The notes below the pieces were generated by a model that ran no database searches, was not told the DNA's origin, and worked only from the letters and a program-made list of their open reading frames with translations. 64,000 nucleotides of DNA from contig CAWDKY010000027.1 in NCBI GenBank assembly GCA_963802945.1, positions 32,001 through 96,000 of the forward strand, written 5' to 3'. A program made the translations under genes and the position numbers. This DNA comes from an uncultured delta proteobacterium (GTDB lineage: Bacteria; Desulfobacterota; RBG-13-43-22). Of this stretch, positions 40,897 through 51,565 are shown in pieces; position 1 is the first letter of the stretch; every line of letters begins with the position of its first letter.

Positions 40897-41703
40897 CTAT
40901 GAACGCGGGATCAACACCGCCCTGGGATCAATGACCTCTCTGATCAGCCTCAATTCCTCCGGGGTGGGTGCGGGCGTTTCCAAGACCTTCTTCGGTATCC
41001 AGTCATGGGTGAAACCGGTGTTGGCTTTCACCTCCTCCAAAGTCACCCCAGGGTGTATGGACCTCAGCCTGACCTGCTTGGTCTGGGGATCAAAATCGAA
41101 GATGCACTTATCCGTCAAAATCAGACAGGGCCCTCCCCTGGTCAGGCCCGCCTTTTCTCGGGCACCGGGACCGTCCAGATAACCCGCCCCGGATATGAAG
41201 TCCACTTTATCCACAAAATTTCTTTTCTCATGGTCAACGATGATGAACTCCCTTTTGAACAGGGAGAAATGTCCCGGCTGGTTTATGGGGCCGATGAGCC
41301 GGATCTTGGGCCGGTAGTAGTCCCCGATACAAACAATATTGCAGTTGCCGTATTGATCAACCTGGGCCGCCGAGCCGAATCCCACGTCACATTCCCCCCG
41401 GGCGGCCATATAGCCTGTTGCCCTGGATTCGCACCTCCAAAACTGAAGGTCTGTCCCGAATTCCGTTTCCAATTCAGTCGGGATTTCGCTGACGATGGGG
41501 TTCATCAGCCAGCCGCCCACGGCCATAAATGAATTGGGGGCATGGGTCAGTTGGGCCAGGCACATGCCCACTACGGGAACCCTGGAAAGAATCTGAATCG
41601 TGGCATCCCCGGTAGCCAGGCCGATGAACCAATTCTCGTTATCGTTCAGTTCATGGCTGATGGCCACGGCCATCGCTTCGTAAATAGTATAGGTTAAGCT
41701 CAT
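40897..41703 (-). CDS. Family I CoA-transferase-fold beta subunit (GctB-like)
   Basis: AAQVDQYGNCN, FVDKVDFISG, SIHPGVT..V..NTGF. Confidence 0.88.
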   Translation of the reverse strand: MSLTYTIYEAMAVAISHELNDNENWFIGLATGDATIQILSRVPVVGMCLAQLTHAPNSFMAVGGWLMNPIVSEIPTELETEFGTDLQFWRCESRATGYMAARGECDVGFGSAAQVDQYGNCNIVCIGDYYRPKIRLIGPINQPGHFSLFKREFIIVDHEKRNFVDKVDFISGAGYLDGPGAREKAGLTRGGPCLILTDKCIFDFDPQTKQVRLRSIHPGVTLEEVKANTGFTHDWIPKKVLETPAPTPEELRLIREVIDPRAVLIPRS

Positions 41704-42611
41704 AAGAGGGTCCCTCCCACTACTCGGCATTTCAGCAAGTTCTCAAGGCCGATGAGATTCAGGTATTCCAAGTGAGACTTTACACCATAGACATATTTGT
41801 CCAGGTATTCTTTAAATCCCTCCGGCGTTCGGGACATCCGGGCATACATCCCCATATGTTCTCTGTCCTGGTCATAAAGCTTGATACAGGAGGTAGGATG
41901 GCAACCATAAGGGGCCTCGACAATAGCAGTGGTCCTGAATCTGGGCAGGACATTGAGGTGCGACAGCCCCATGACCCGGTCCCGGCTTACAATCTGCTCC
42001 ACGGTTACAATGACATTGGCACAGCATTGCCCGGCCGTCTCATCCAGGCGTTCCGGTAACTGCCTCCGTTCAAAAAACAAAACATTGCCGTATTGATCAG
42101 CCATAGGGGCATGGAGAACAACCCATTCGGGGTCGGCTGCCGGAACCAGATGATATTTTTGCCCGTTATAGGGGCTGATCATTTCCTTGATCTTGGGGTT
42201 GTATTTGGGAAGGTCAGTGCCCAGCATCTCTTGGGTAGTAAAGAAGGACTGCCCCCGGGAACTGCAGGCAAATCTCTCGAAGGCGACAGGCTCACTGTAT
42301 TCTTCCAGCTCGATCCGGCCGCTCTCCACTGCCCGGCGAAAGTTGGGGGCCAGCCCATGCTCCTCCAGGCCGACATAAGAAATCTCGACCTTTTTGACAC
42401 AGCCCGCACCTACCAGGATATCCACCTCGCAGGTGCCGACATGGCCTACCAGGGTGAGGTCCTTGACGCCTCTTCGGATAAGCTCATAGACAAAGGCCAT
42501 GGGATGGTTATGGACTGAAAAGCCCCCGACATGGAGGCGGGTGCCGTCTTTGATGAGACCGGCCGCTTCTGAAAGGGTGCAGACTTTTTCCTTTAATTCA
42601 GGCATGGTCAC
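41700..42611 (-). CDS. Family I CoA-transferase-fold alpha subunit (GctA-like)
   Basis: VGGF..HNHPMAFV, HAPMADQYGN, EAPYGCHPTS. Confidence 0.88.
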   Translation of the reverse strand: MTMPELKEKVCTLSEAAGLIKDGTRLHVGGFSVHNHPMAFVYELIRRGVKDLTLVGHVGTCEVDILVGAGCVKKVEISYVGLEEHGLAPNFRRAVESGRIELEEYSEPVAFERFACSSRGQSFFTTQEMLGTDLPKYNPKIKEMISPYNGQKYHLVPAADPEWVVLHAPMADQYGNVLFFERRQLPERLDETAGQCCANVIVTVEQIVSRDRVMGLSHLNVLPRFRTTAIVEAPYGCHPTSCIKLYDQDREHMGMYARMSRTPEGFKEYLDKYVYGVKSHLEYLNLIGLENLLKCRVVGGTLL

Positions 42612-42776
42612 CTCTTGGTAAGGGCTTTGTGGATAATGGCAAAAGACTCTGGAAATATCTTAGGACAACTATTCTCTTTCCGTCAAGTCAAACCTTACAC
42701 TCGGCCTAAATCGGGGGACATCAAACTTATTTATTTTTCAAGTTAAGAATTATATATTGTGTTCCTAGATTTCAAA

Positions 42777-43602
42777 TTATTTCTCTGTCAGCTTTTTCCT
42801 TGGCCGTTTTGATGTGAGGCGATGGCGGAGGAGGACATAGGTTGCCCCGGAGCCGCCGTCGTAGGACTGGGCGCTGGTGAAGGCGATTACCCATTTTCGC
42901 CAGTGACTGCGCGTCAGCCACTCGCTTACCTTGTTTTTCAAAACCGGTTCACAGGGTGAAGAGATACCGCGTCCGTGGATGATCAGAACAGCCCGTTTAC
43001 CCGACATAATGGCCTCATTGAGGAAGTTTTCGAAGGCATCCTTGGCCTGCGCCGCACCCATACCATGAAGATCGATGTGAGCTTGTATGGAAAAATCACC
43101 CCGGTGCAATCTCTCAGCAAACTCCGGCGGGATATCGCGGCCTGTTCCTTCCATGTATTCGGGCGTTTTGGAGATAATAAATCCCTCACCATATTTTACC
43201 AGGTTATCCAGGTGTTGCATGACATCCTGTTCCGGTTCATTGACGGGTTATCCAGGACGGGATGATCCGGCGGGTTGGCCACATTGTTTTTCTTTGCATG
43301 ATGTTTATCCCTTACTATCGGCTTGACGCCTTCCATGGCTTCCCGAAAGGCGCTTTCTTCGTTAACCGATTGGGCACAGGCTTCAGCAGGCTCTGTATCC
43401 GTTGTACATCTGCGTCTTTCTGTGGACACCCTGGACATCCTGTTTTTCTGTGGACACATCCTGCTTTTTTGCGGCCACATCCGGTTTTGTTGTGGCCAAC
43501 CGTTTTTTGTGGGCACTTCGGACGCACCACTACCTTATCTTTAAGAAGTTTTTCCAATGTTGCGAAGGGGTTATATTTTAGGGGGCTATCAGAATCGTTC
43601 AT
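42777..43602 (-). CDS. Smr/MutS2-domain protein (two frameshifts)
   Basis: FREAMEGVKPI, IDLHGM, IIHGRG, DGGSGATYVLL. Confidence 0.85.
43421..43520. repeat. ~21-bp tandem repeat inside the Smr gene
   Basis: ctgtttttctgtggacacatc / ctgcttttttgcggccacatc / cggttttgttgtggccaac / cgttttttgtgggcacttc. Confidence 0.75.
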
Positions 43603-44013
43603 AGACGGTTACTGTCAGGTTTATATTGTTAACCTTTCCTGGAATATTTTATCATAAATTTGTCCAATAATATAGACCTGACCCCAAGGCCCCGACTCCC
43701 TTCTTTGTTCTTTTCGCCCTTTGGCTTTTTCTCCGAACTTCGAACGTTCTTTCGCTTTTATTTTAAACATTGAACCTTGAACTTTGAACGTTTTGCCCCT
43801 TGGGACAAAAACCCCTTGACTTCCTTCCCTTTACCTTTTATTTTCTTTGCATTATCTGTTGGTTTTCTGCTTTAAACTATTGGGGTTATTTCCCCATCTA
43901 CGCCGAATCCCGCTTTGCGGGACTGAATTACTTTCTTGGCTCCTTTCAGACGGAAAATGGCACAACTGACTTTTTACGTTTTCATCAAAACCAATTTTTA
44001 AAAGGAGATGCAT

Positions 44014-44595
44014 ATGGATTACATGGAAGAAATGGCTAAATATTACACCACACAAAAACAGAAGGATTTTACCCCTGATTTTCTTGATGAAAAGCAGATC
44101 GATAAATATGAATTCTGGGATGAGATACAAATTGGTGAGGAGAGTGAAATACCCACCAAATTTGAAGTGAAAGCCGAAGACCTGAAAGCCTTTGCCGCCT
44201 CGGTCCCTGACGATAATCCCATTTTTTATGATGAGGAATATGCCAAACAATGCGGCCATGACGGGATCGTGGCCCATCCTCTCTTTGTTACTCAGATCAG
44301 ATTTTTTCTTTTAAAGGGAGGAGGACATGGCAGTTGGAATAGGACCCCAGGGGCCAGAAACCCGGGACAAATCATTGAGTATTATGACCCCATAAGGGTG
44401 GGAGATATACTGACCCTTAAATTGACCAGCTATGATAAATGGATCAAGAGAGGGAAATACTATATGAGAGCCTTGTCCCGGATCTATGATCAATATGGAA
44501 ACCTGAAAATGATATACTATAGTACTTTAATTTTGCCCAGGACCAAGGCCGACGTCCTGAGATTTTTAAAGGGAGAGCATGCTCTGGAAGCCTGA
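44014..44595 (+). CDS. MaoC-family dehydratase subunit
   Basis: AFAASVPDDNPIFYDEEYA..IVAHP, PIRVGD. Confidence 0.85.
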   Translation: MDYMEEMAKYYTTQKQKDFTPDFLDEKQIDKYEFWDEIQIGEESEIPTKFEVKAEDLKAFAASVPDDNPIFYDEEYAKQCGHDGIVAHPLFVTQIRFFLLKGGGHGSWNRTPGARNPGQIIEYYDPIRVGDILTLKLTSYDKWIKRGKYYMRALSRIYDQYGNLKMIYYSTLILPRTKADVLRFLKGEHALEA

Positions 44596-44646
44596 GCCAT
44601 AATGGGATTTTCTGCAAAACTCAATCATTCTGGAAGGATCAAAAAA

Positions 44647-45087
44647 ATGGAAAACAAACTTACTTTTGCATCAATAAAATGCGGGGATAAATTACCTACG
44701 GTCCAACAGCATTTGAGTCAGGAAGATATTTGGCACTTTGCGGTAGGTTCCCTCGATATGAATCCGGTTCATTGTTCGCCTGAATGGTGCCAAAAATCAC
44801 AGGTGTTTGGTATTCCTGAAACCGTGCAGCATGGACAAATGACGCTTTCCCTCTTGGCCAAGGTGATTACCAACTGGGCCTATTCTTCCGGCGGAACCAT
44901 GAAGACCTTTGAGGCCAAACTGATTAAGCCCGTACCGGTCAATTCAACTTGTACCTATGGCGGTGAAGTGTCCGAACTCCACCCGGTGAAGAAAGGAAAA
45001 GATTTTGTGGCTGTTGAATTGTGGGCCCATGATCAGGATGGAGATAAAGTAGCTGTGGGTAAAGCCCAGGTGATTATACCTCAATAA
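44647..45087 (+). CDS. MaoC-family dehydratase subunit
   Basis: Hydratase motif DMNPVH; QHGQMT. Confidence 0.88.
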   Translation: MENKLTFASIKCGDKLPTVQQHLSQEDIWHFAVGSLDMNPVHCSPEWCQKSQVFGIPETVQHGQMTLSLLAKVITNWAYSSGGTMKTFEAKLIKPVPVNSTCTYGGEVSELHPVKKGKDFVAVELWAHDQDGDKVAVGKAQVIIPQ

Positions 45088-45200
45088 AATACTTTTTTTA
45101 TCCCCCAAAAGAGGCTTCTAAGCTGAAGGCTTAATTGTTTTCGGGAAGAAGAAATGGGCGCCCCAAAAGCTTTTCGAAATGAAATTAAAGGAGGTAGACT

Positions 45201-45515
45201 ATGAATAAGGATGAACAGATTTACTGGATGGAAAATCTGGCCGGAATATTTATCCGCTGTTTCTTTTACTCGGTGGCCTTATTGCTGATATCGATGATTT
45301 TTTATGCGCTGGCCGAAAATTGGGGTTATTATGTGAGTTATAACTGGTATAAGTACACGATGAGCAGGCATGAATATGATTTGCTCTTTTATTATGGTTT
45401 GGCTTTTATTAAAACCTGCGCCATCGTCTTCTTTCTGATTCCTTATGTGGCCATCAAGATGGTTTTGCGCCAACGGAAAAAAATGGGAATGCAGCCCAGT
45501 GAGACGAAATCGTAG
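45201..45515 (+). CDS. Small two-TM membrane protein (DUF6868-like)
   Basis: RBS AGGAGG; YYGLAFIK..IVFFLIPYVAI. Confidence 0.75.
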   Translation: MNKDEQIYWMENLAGIFIRCFFYSVALLLISMIFYALAENWGYYVSYNWYKYTMSRHEYDLLFYYGLAFIKTCAIVFFLIPYVAIKMVLRQRKKMGMQPSETKS

Positions 45516-45656
45516 CCTAGACTTGGCCTCTTTCCCTTAATTCTATCCCCTGGCTCATATCCTTGTTGATCCAATCAGTAAATAAGTTGACAGGCAAGAA
45601 GCCCTTGTTTATCATTCCGACATGAACGGTGAATAGGCATAAGGCAAAAAGGAGGC

Positions 45657-46802
45657 TTGGAGATGACTGCGCAGGCACAGATAGAAGAGCTGTACAACCA
45701 CAGAGGTATTCGCGCCAGGGAACTGCATGATTCAGGGAAAAAAATAATCGGCTATTTTTGTTGTTTTGTCCCGGATGAAATCATAACCGCCTTCGGGATG
45801 GTTCCCTTTCGTATCCAGGGCAGCCAGAGCGATCCGATCGATCAGGCGGATGCCTTTCTCGAACCGATGGCCTGTCCCTTTGCCCGAAGCTGTTTCAACC
45901 TGGCCCTCAAAGGGGAGTACGCCTTTCTGGACGGCTTCGTCGCTCCTCACAGTTGTGATACGATTGAACGCCTGTACCATATCTGGCATCACAACAAACC
46001 CTCGCCCTTCAACCATATGATCAATGTACCGCACATGATGGGGCCGAGCTCCATTGAATTCTTTCGAAAGGAATTGGGCTATTTTGTCAAGAGCCTGGAG
46101 CAATGGTCCGGTCGAAAACTGGATCCCGGCCAGCTCAAAGAGGCTGTTGTCCTGTATAACCAACGCCGGGCCCTCTTGAGAGAGTTTTATGACTTACGAA
46201 AATCCGATCCACCTCTGGTTTCCGGAACGGAGGTTGTCAAGGTCCTCGTGGCCGGCATGGGCATCCCGGCCACGGAACACATCGAACTGGTCAAAGCATA
46301 TATCGGCGAGGTGAAGCAAAGACAGCAGCCCAAAACGCAAAAATGGCCTCGGATCTTTATCTGGGGCAGCGAAATTGATGATATTGCCTTTATCCAGCTG
46401 GTGGAGGAATCCGGCGCCTGGGTGGTCATGGACGATCTGTGTACCGGTACCCGTTTTTTCTGGGATGATGTCCAGGAAACCCCAGATCCTCTTGACGGCC
46501 TGGCCGATCGTTATCTTCAGGTCCATTGCCCACGCAGTAATGTCCCCCAAACCCAAACCCGGGAGAAAGACCTTGAAAATCGTTTTGGATATATCCGCCG
46601 CTTCATCAAGGACTGGCAGGTGGACGGCGCCATTTTCTATATCGTCCGCTACTGTGATACCTGCGAATTGGAAGGGCCGGACCTTCGCGAGTATTTGAAC
46701 GGAATGAAGATACCCGTCCTCATGATCGAGGATGATTATTCCCAATCAACCATCGGACAACTCCGCACCAGGGTGCAGGCGTTTCTGGAAATGATCGGAT
46801 AA
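45657..46802 (+). CDS. 2-hydroxyacyl-CoA dehydratase / benzoyl-CoA reductase subunit (BzdN/BcrC-like)
   Basis: VPDEII, CPFARS, HSCD, DDLCTG, RYCD, QLRTRVQAFLEM. Confidence 0.9.
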   Translation: MEMTAQAQIEELYNHRGIRARELHDSGKKIIGYFCCFVPDEIITAFGMVPFRIQGSQSDPIDQADAFLEPMACPFARSCFNLALKGEYAFLDGFVAPHSCDTIERLYHIWHHNKPSPFNHMINVPHMMGPSSIEFFRKELGYFVKSLEQWSGRKLDPGQLKEAVVLYNQRRALLREFYDLRKSDPPLVSGTEVVKVLVAGMGIPATEHIELVKAYIGEVKQRQQPKTQKWPRIFIWGSEIDDIAFIQLVEESGAWVVMDDLCTGTRFFWDDVQETPDPLDGLADRYLQVHCPRSNVPQTQTREKDLENRFGYIRRFIKDWQVDGAIFYIVRYCDTCELEGPDLREYLNGMKIPVLMIEDDYSQSTIGQLRTRVQAFLEMIG

Positions 46803-46811
46803 GGAGGAGCC

Positions 46812-48123
46812 TTGGAAGAAAAAGAACAGGTCAAAACGACAGCGATCAAGGGAACGGACATGGCCCGCAAAGTCAGGGGTCTGGTGAAAAATATCTATCA
46901 ATCCGCCCAGGAAGCCAAGGCCAGTGGTAAAAAAGTGGCCTATTTTATGGTGGCTTCTCAATACGATGAAATTGTCCGGGCCATGGACATCGTTCCCCTG
47001 CCCACGGAGAATTATGCCGGGTTGTGTGCGGCCAAACGGGACATGGACCGCTTTCTTTTGAAGGCCGAGGCGGACGGCTATTCCCAGGTGCTCTGCAGCT
47101 ATGCCCGGATCGGCCTCGGCTTCGACAGCTTGCGGAAAGAATTGGGTAGTATCCCGGAAAACGCCCCTGACGGCGGGATGCCTGTGCCGGATATGATGCT
47201 GGGAAGCAGCGCCGTTTGTGATCCCCGTTTTAAATGGTACCAGGCGGCCGGGCGTTACCTGCAGGTGCCCACCTACAGCATTGATTGCGTGGCGCCGCCG
47301 GTTGATGACGACCTGAACGAGGTGCGTGACTATTACATCAAATATCAAAAAGAGCAGTTTGAGGGATTGATCGCTTTTCTTGAAAGGCAGACCGGCAAAA
47401 AAATGGATCGGGAACGTCTCTGGGAGACCATCCGCCTGAGTGATGAAGCCTGGCGTCTGTGGTACGAGATCGATCGGCTGCGTGTGGCTATTCCCTGCCC
47501 GATGCCGACCCAGGACCATTTCAGCATCATGGTGCCCGGCCATTACTACTCTGGCACCCAGGTGGCCGTTGACTTCTATCAGGCGCTTTACGATGAAGTG
47601 AAAACCAAGGTGGAAAATAAGATGGGAGTTATTCCCGATGAGAAATATCGCCTTCTTTACGGCGGTGGTCTTCCGCCCTGGCATACCCTTTGGATTTTTA
47701 ATTATTTTGAAAGCTTCGGAGCAGTGTTCGTGATTGAAAATGTTTATCGCGGCTACGACCCGGTGGAAGTGCCAAGCAAAGTGAAGGACCCGGTGGAATA
47801 TCTGGCCTGGCGGGCCTTTCTTCGTTTTACCCAGCGTCATGAAGCGGCCCAGGCCCACAGCGGTAATCCGGTGGTGGAACGGCTGCTGGGAATACCTCAC
47901 CGACTATCAGATCGACGGCGTGGTCTTTCATGCCTGCCGTTCCTGTCGGGCAACGACTATAGGGCAGGTCCATCTCAAGAATCTCCTGGGCCAATATACG
48001 GACATTCCGATGATGCAGTTGGTTTCCGACATGGTCGATCTTCGGGATTATTCCGAGGCCCAGTGGAAGGCCCAGATCGGCGCTTTTATTGAAGCCCTGG
48101 CAGGACGAGCGGCCGGAAATTAA
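46812..48123 (+). CDS. Second dehydratase/reductase subunit (BzdO/BcrB-like; frameshift near 47889)
   Basis: PTENY, LCSYAR, CDPRFKW, IDGVVFH..SCR, SDMVD. Confidence 0.88.
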
Positions 48124-48163
48124 CCAAGCGGTTATGTTTCTTGCAGACACCAACAACCCTTAA

Positions 48164-48258
48164 AATATTGAATGTCGAATATCGAATACTGAAAGCCGAA
48201 GGAAGAGGAAAACAATCCATTCAGGATTCAAAGTTCGATGTTCAAAGTTCGACATTCT
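48164..48258. repeat. Heptamer-built inverted repeat
   Basis: gaatgtcgaatatcgaatactgaa ... ttcaaagttcgatgttcaaagttcgacattc. Confidence 0.7.
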
Positions 48259-48280
48259 TTTTGTAAACGAAAAGGTTTTT

Positions 48281-49111
48281 ATGCCTTTTGCCGGCATTGA
48301 TATAGGCTCCACCATGACCAAAGTGATCGCGATGGACCAGCAGGAAAAGATTCTCGCCTCCATCATCGGGCCTACTGGCGCCGAACATCGCCATCTGGCC
48401 TTGAAGGTCATGGATGAGGCCCTTCAGAAGGCAGGCCTAACTTTGGAGGAGATTGATTTCATCGTTGCCACGGGCTACGGCCGCATCAACGTGCCTTTTG
48501 CGGACAAGCAGATCACCGAGATCACCTGTCATGCCCGAGGGATCAAGGCCTTATTCCCCCAAGCACGGACCATCATCGATATCGGTGGCCAGGATTCCAA
48601 GGGGATCAAGCTGGATGAAGATGGCAAGGTGGCCAATTTTGTTATGAATGACAAATGTGCTGCCGGTACCGGACGCTTCCTGGAGGTCATTGCCGAAACC
48701 TTGGGCCTTAAGCTGGACCAGTTGGGGGCAATTTCCTTGAAGGCCGAGACCTATGTCAAGATTTCCAATACCTGCACCGTATTTGCAGAGCATGAGGTGA
48801 CCTCCAGACTTTCAGAAGGGGCTTCGATACCGGAAATTGTCGCCGGTCTTCATGAGTCTATTGCCGGTCGTATCGTCAACATGGTTCGCCAATTGGGGAT
48901 CGAGAAGGAGGTGGTGGTCACCGGAGGCGGGGCAAAAAACATCGGTCTGGTGAAGGCGGTTGAAGCAAAGGTGGGATTTCCCGTCTTGGTCCCTCCGGAG
49001 CCTTTACTGACCGGAGCCCTGGGGGCCGCCCTGGTCGGGCATGATTTTGTTAAACGCGGCATGAGGCCTGATCATGAGCGGAGAAGAGATAGAGTGACTT
49101 TCTTCAAATGA
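48281..49111 (+). CDS. Acyl-CoA dehydratase activase (ASKHA ATPase, 4Fe-4S)
   Basis: GIDIGS, ATGYGR, DIGGQDSK, MNDKCAAGTG, CTVFAE. Confidence 0.93.
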   Translation: MPFAGIDIGSTMTKVIAMDQQEKILASIIGPTGAEHRHLALKVMDEALQKAGLTLEEIDFIVATGYGRINVPFADKQITEITCHARGIKALFPQARTIIDIGGQDSKGIKLDEDGKVANFVMNDKCAAGTGRFLEVIAETLGLKLDQLGAISLKAETYVKISNTCTVFAEHEVTSRLSEGASIPEIVAGLHESIAGRIVNMVRQLGIEKEVVVTGGGAKNIGLVKAVEAKVGFPVLVPPEPLLTGALGAALVGHDFVKRGMRPDHERRRDRVTFFK

Positions 49112-49890
49112 ACGAGGACAGGAAATACTATGCCGGGGTAGATATCGGGTCTGTTTCCATCAAGGCGGCGCTGGTCAGCGAACGCCGGCTGATGGCCTAT
49201 GATCTGGTGCCCTCCGGGGGAAATTATAGAGATGCAGCCCGAAAGGTTCTGGACAGCGTTCTGGCCCAGACGGGTCTGAATCCGGAAAGGCTGGGCGGGA
49301 TCGTGGTAACGGGACTGGGCAACGATAGTCTCCCTTTCCCTGCCCGCCAGATTTCCGATATTTCCTGCCAGGCCATGGGCTGCCACTGCCTCTTTCCATC
49401 CGCCCGTACCATAATCGATATCGGGGGACAGTTTACCAAGGTAGGGAAGATAACTTCCCAGGGGAGAATCGCCGATTTCCTCATGAGTGAAAAGTGTGCC
49501 GCCGGATCAGGTCGTTTTTTACAAGTGATCGCTCGTATCCTCCAAGTCAAGCTGGAAGATATCGGCCCCCTTTCCCTGCAATCCCAAAAGCCGGTGGAAT
49601 TTTCCACCAATTGCGCTGTCTTTGCTGAATCGGAAACGGTTTCACGGATTGCCGAAGGCGCCCGAGCAGAAGATATCCTGGCCGGGGTACACCGGGCCAT
49701 GGCCGCCAAGGTGGCCATGCTGGTGAAAAGGGTAAAGATGGAACCTGATGTAGTCCTAACAGGTGGCGGCGGCGAAGATGCCGGTTTGGTCAAGGCCGTC
49801 GGCGAGGCCCTCGGCACTAAGATCCTCGTACCGGAACTGCCTCGTCTTTCAGCTGCCTATGGGGCCGCCTGTCTGGCAGAAATGGGTTAG
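49108..49890 (+). CDS. Second, divergent activase subunit
   Basis: GVDIGS, VTGLG, DIGGQFTK, SEKCAAGSG, CAVFAE. Confidence 0.9.
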   Translation: MNEDRKYYAGVDIGSVSIKAALVSERRLMAYDLVPSGGNYRDAARKVLDSVLAQTGLNPERLGGIVVTGLGNDSLPFPARQISDISCQAMGCHCLFPSARTIIDIGGQFTKVGKITSQGRIADFLMSEKCAAGSGRFLQVIARILQVKLEDIGPLSLQSQKPVEFSTNCAVFAESETVSRIAEGARAEDILAGVHRAMAAKVAMLVKRVKMEPDVVLTGGGGEDAGLVKAVGEALGTKILVPELPRLSAAYGAACLAEMG

Positions 49891-50125
49891 GGGACGACAA
49901 TAATTAATTAAATAATTTCAGAAAAAATATGGCTTGATCCTTCCGAGGAATTTGAGAACTCGGGAAATAGGAAAAGCTGGCCCTCTTATTTTATAACTTA
50001 ACATCATCAATTCTCTAAAGTAAGTATTTTTATCTACCTTCACTTTGATTTATGCTAAGGTGCTAGCAAATCGATGACGGAGCAGGAAATCCGTCACTGA
50101 TCATGCGCAAAGGAGAGAATAATCC

Positions 50126-51124
50126 ATGAAGAAATTGAGGTATGGGCCGGAACATCCCGACATCACCTATATACCCCACAAGTATGACGAACACTTATTT
50201 GACACCGGCGATGCCGTACTTAATTATACCACCACCGGTTCACCCAACAAACCGGCCATTGTACTTATACCCGGGCAAACGGAATCCTGGTGGGGATATG
50301 AGAAGGCCATGGGGATACTGTCGGAGAACTTCCAAGTATTTGGGGTCGATCTGCGTGGGCAGGGTCGATCAAGTCGCACACCGGGACGCTATACATTCGA
50401 CAATTTCGGGAATGATCTCGTCAAGCTCATTACCTTTGTCGTCGCTCGACCGGTGGTGGTCAGCGGGTTGTCATCGGGAGGGGTCATTGCGGCCTGGCTG
50501 TCGGCCTATGCGCCCCCCGGCATGATCCGAGGTGCACATTATGAAGACCCTCCGCTGTTCGCCTGCGAATACACTCCGGCCTTCGGACCTTCGCTTCGGC
50601 AGGGTGTCGGCGCAACCTTTGAATTGTATAGTACCTACCTTGGGGATCAGTGGTGCATCGGCGACTGGGAGGGGATGCTAAAAGCCGCCCCTGATCTATT
50701 GCCGGCCCATCTCCTCCCGCTTTTCGAAGCCAGAATGTATCTAGCAACTGAACCACCTCAGAACCTCAAAGAGTATGATCCCGAATGGGCTAAAGCCTTT
50801 GTGACCGGCAGCGTGGGGGCGTCATGTGACCATGCTCAGATGCTTTCGCGAGTTAAATGCCCGGTGCTCTTCACCCATCACTTTTCGCAAGTAGATGAGA
50901 AGACCGGTAATCTGTTGGGGGCATCAACGGGCCGGCAGGTTGACCAAGTCGAGAGGTTGGTGAAGAAAGCAGGCCAACCTTTCACTCGTCTCTCTTTTCC
51001 TAATAAGGGGCACCAAATGCATGGTGAGGACCCCGAGCTATTCGTCCGCACCCTTGTCGATTGGGTCAAAACCCTGCCGAGTGAGGCCAGGACTCGGGAA
51101 AACGGTGTCTTCGCCAAAAAGTAA
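50126..51124 (+). CDS. Alpha/beta hydrolase, ZenA (zearalenone lactonase)-like
   Basis: PGQTESWWGYE, DLRGQGRS, GLSSGG, LGDQW.IGDW, PQNLKEYDPEW. Confidence 0.85.
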   Translation: MKKLRYGPEHPDITYIPHKYDEHLFDTGDAVLNYTTTGSPNKPAIVLIPGQTESWWGYEKAMGILSENFQVFGVDLRGQGRSSRTPGRYTFDNFGNDLVKLITFVVARPVVVSGLSSGGVIAAWLSAYAPPGMIRGAHYEDPPLFACEYTPAFGPSLRQGVGATFELYSTYLGDQWCIGDWEGMLKAAPDLLPAHLLPLFEARMYLATEPPQNLKEYDPEWAKAFVTGSVGASCDHAQMLSRVKCPVLFTHHFSQVDEKTGNLLGASTGRQVDQVERLVKKAGQPFTRLSFPNKGHQMHGEDPELFVRTLVDWVKTLPSEARTRENGVFAKK

Positions 51125-51128
51125 CAGA

Positions 51129-51565
51129 TTACCATTTTCTTTGTCGATAGGCAGCGTAATTCCAAAGGACGGCATAAGTAGCACAGGCCTGGGCTGGCGA
51201 AAGGAAGGGCGCCGTTCCAGTTTTTCCCGCTATCCGGCTCATGGCATCCAAGATATTGCCCAGGTCGACCGGCATGATCGGGGTCATGACAATCGGTTTG
51301 GGATAACGGTCTCTGATCCGTATGACCTCATCGAAGGAGAGGGTGATATGATTCATGGCACTCTGGGCAAATTTTTCAGTCATCTCCTCTTTGTTTTGGC
51401 TGCCCTCCAAGAAACGCCATAAAGAAGGCATTCCGGCTACAACACTTACGGCGATAAGGCCATCGATGCTGGACCTCAATCAGCTCTTTAAATTCGCCTC
51501 TTACGCCGGCTATGGTGTCCACAGGGTTCCGGGGCGAACAGGTGTTTCAATCTCTCTTTGACTTG
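51129..51565 (-). pseudogene. C-terminal remnant of an ADP-forming acyl-CoA ligase
   Basis: KERLKHLFAP/NPVDTIAG/SIDGLIAV...YPKPIV...FLSPAQA...YAAYR across frames. Confidence 0.5.

Noticed and set aside
43421-43520. Possible mini-CRISPR array
   Set aside because: Units are contiguous with no spacers, lie within a gene, and no cas genes are present
46746-47900. 384-aa minus-strand ORF and similar long overlapping ORFs
   Set aside because: Antisense to well-supported genes
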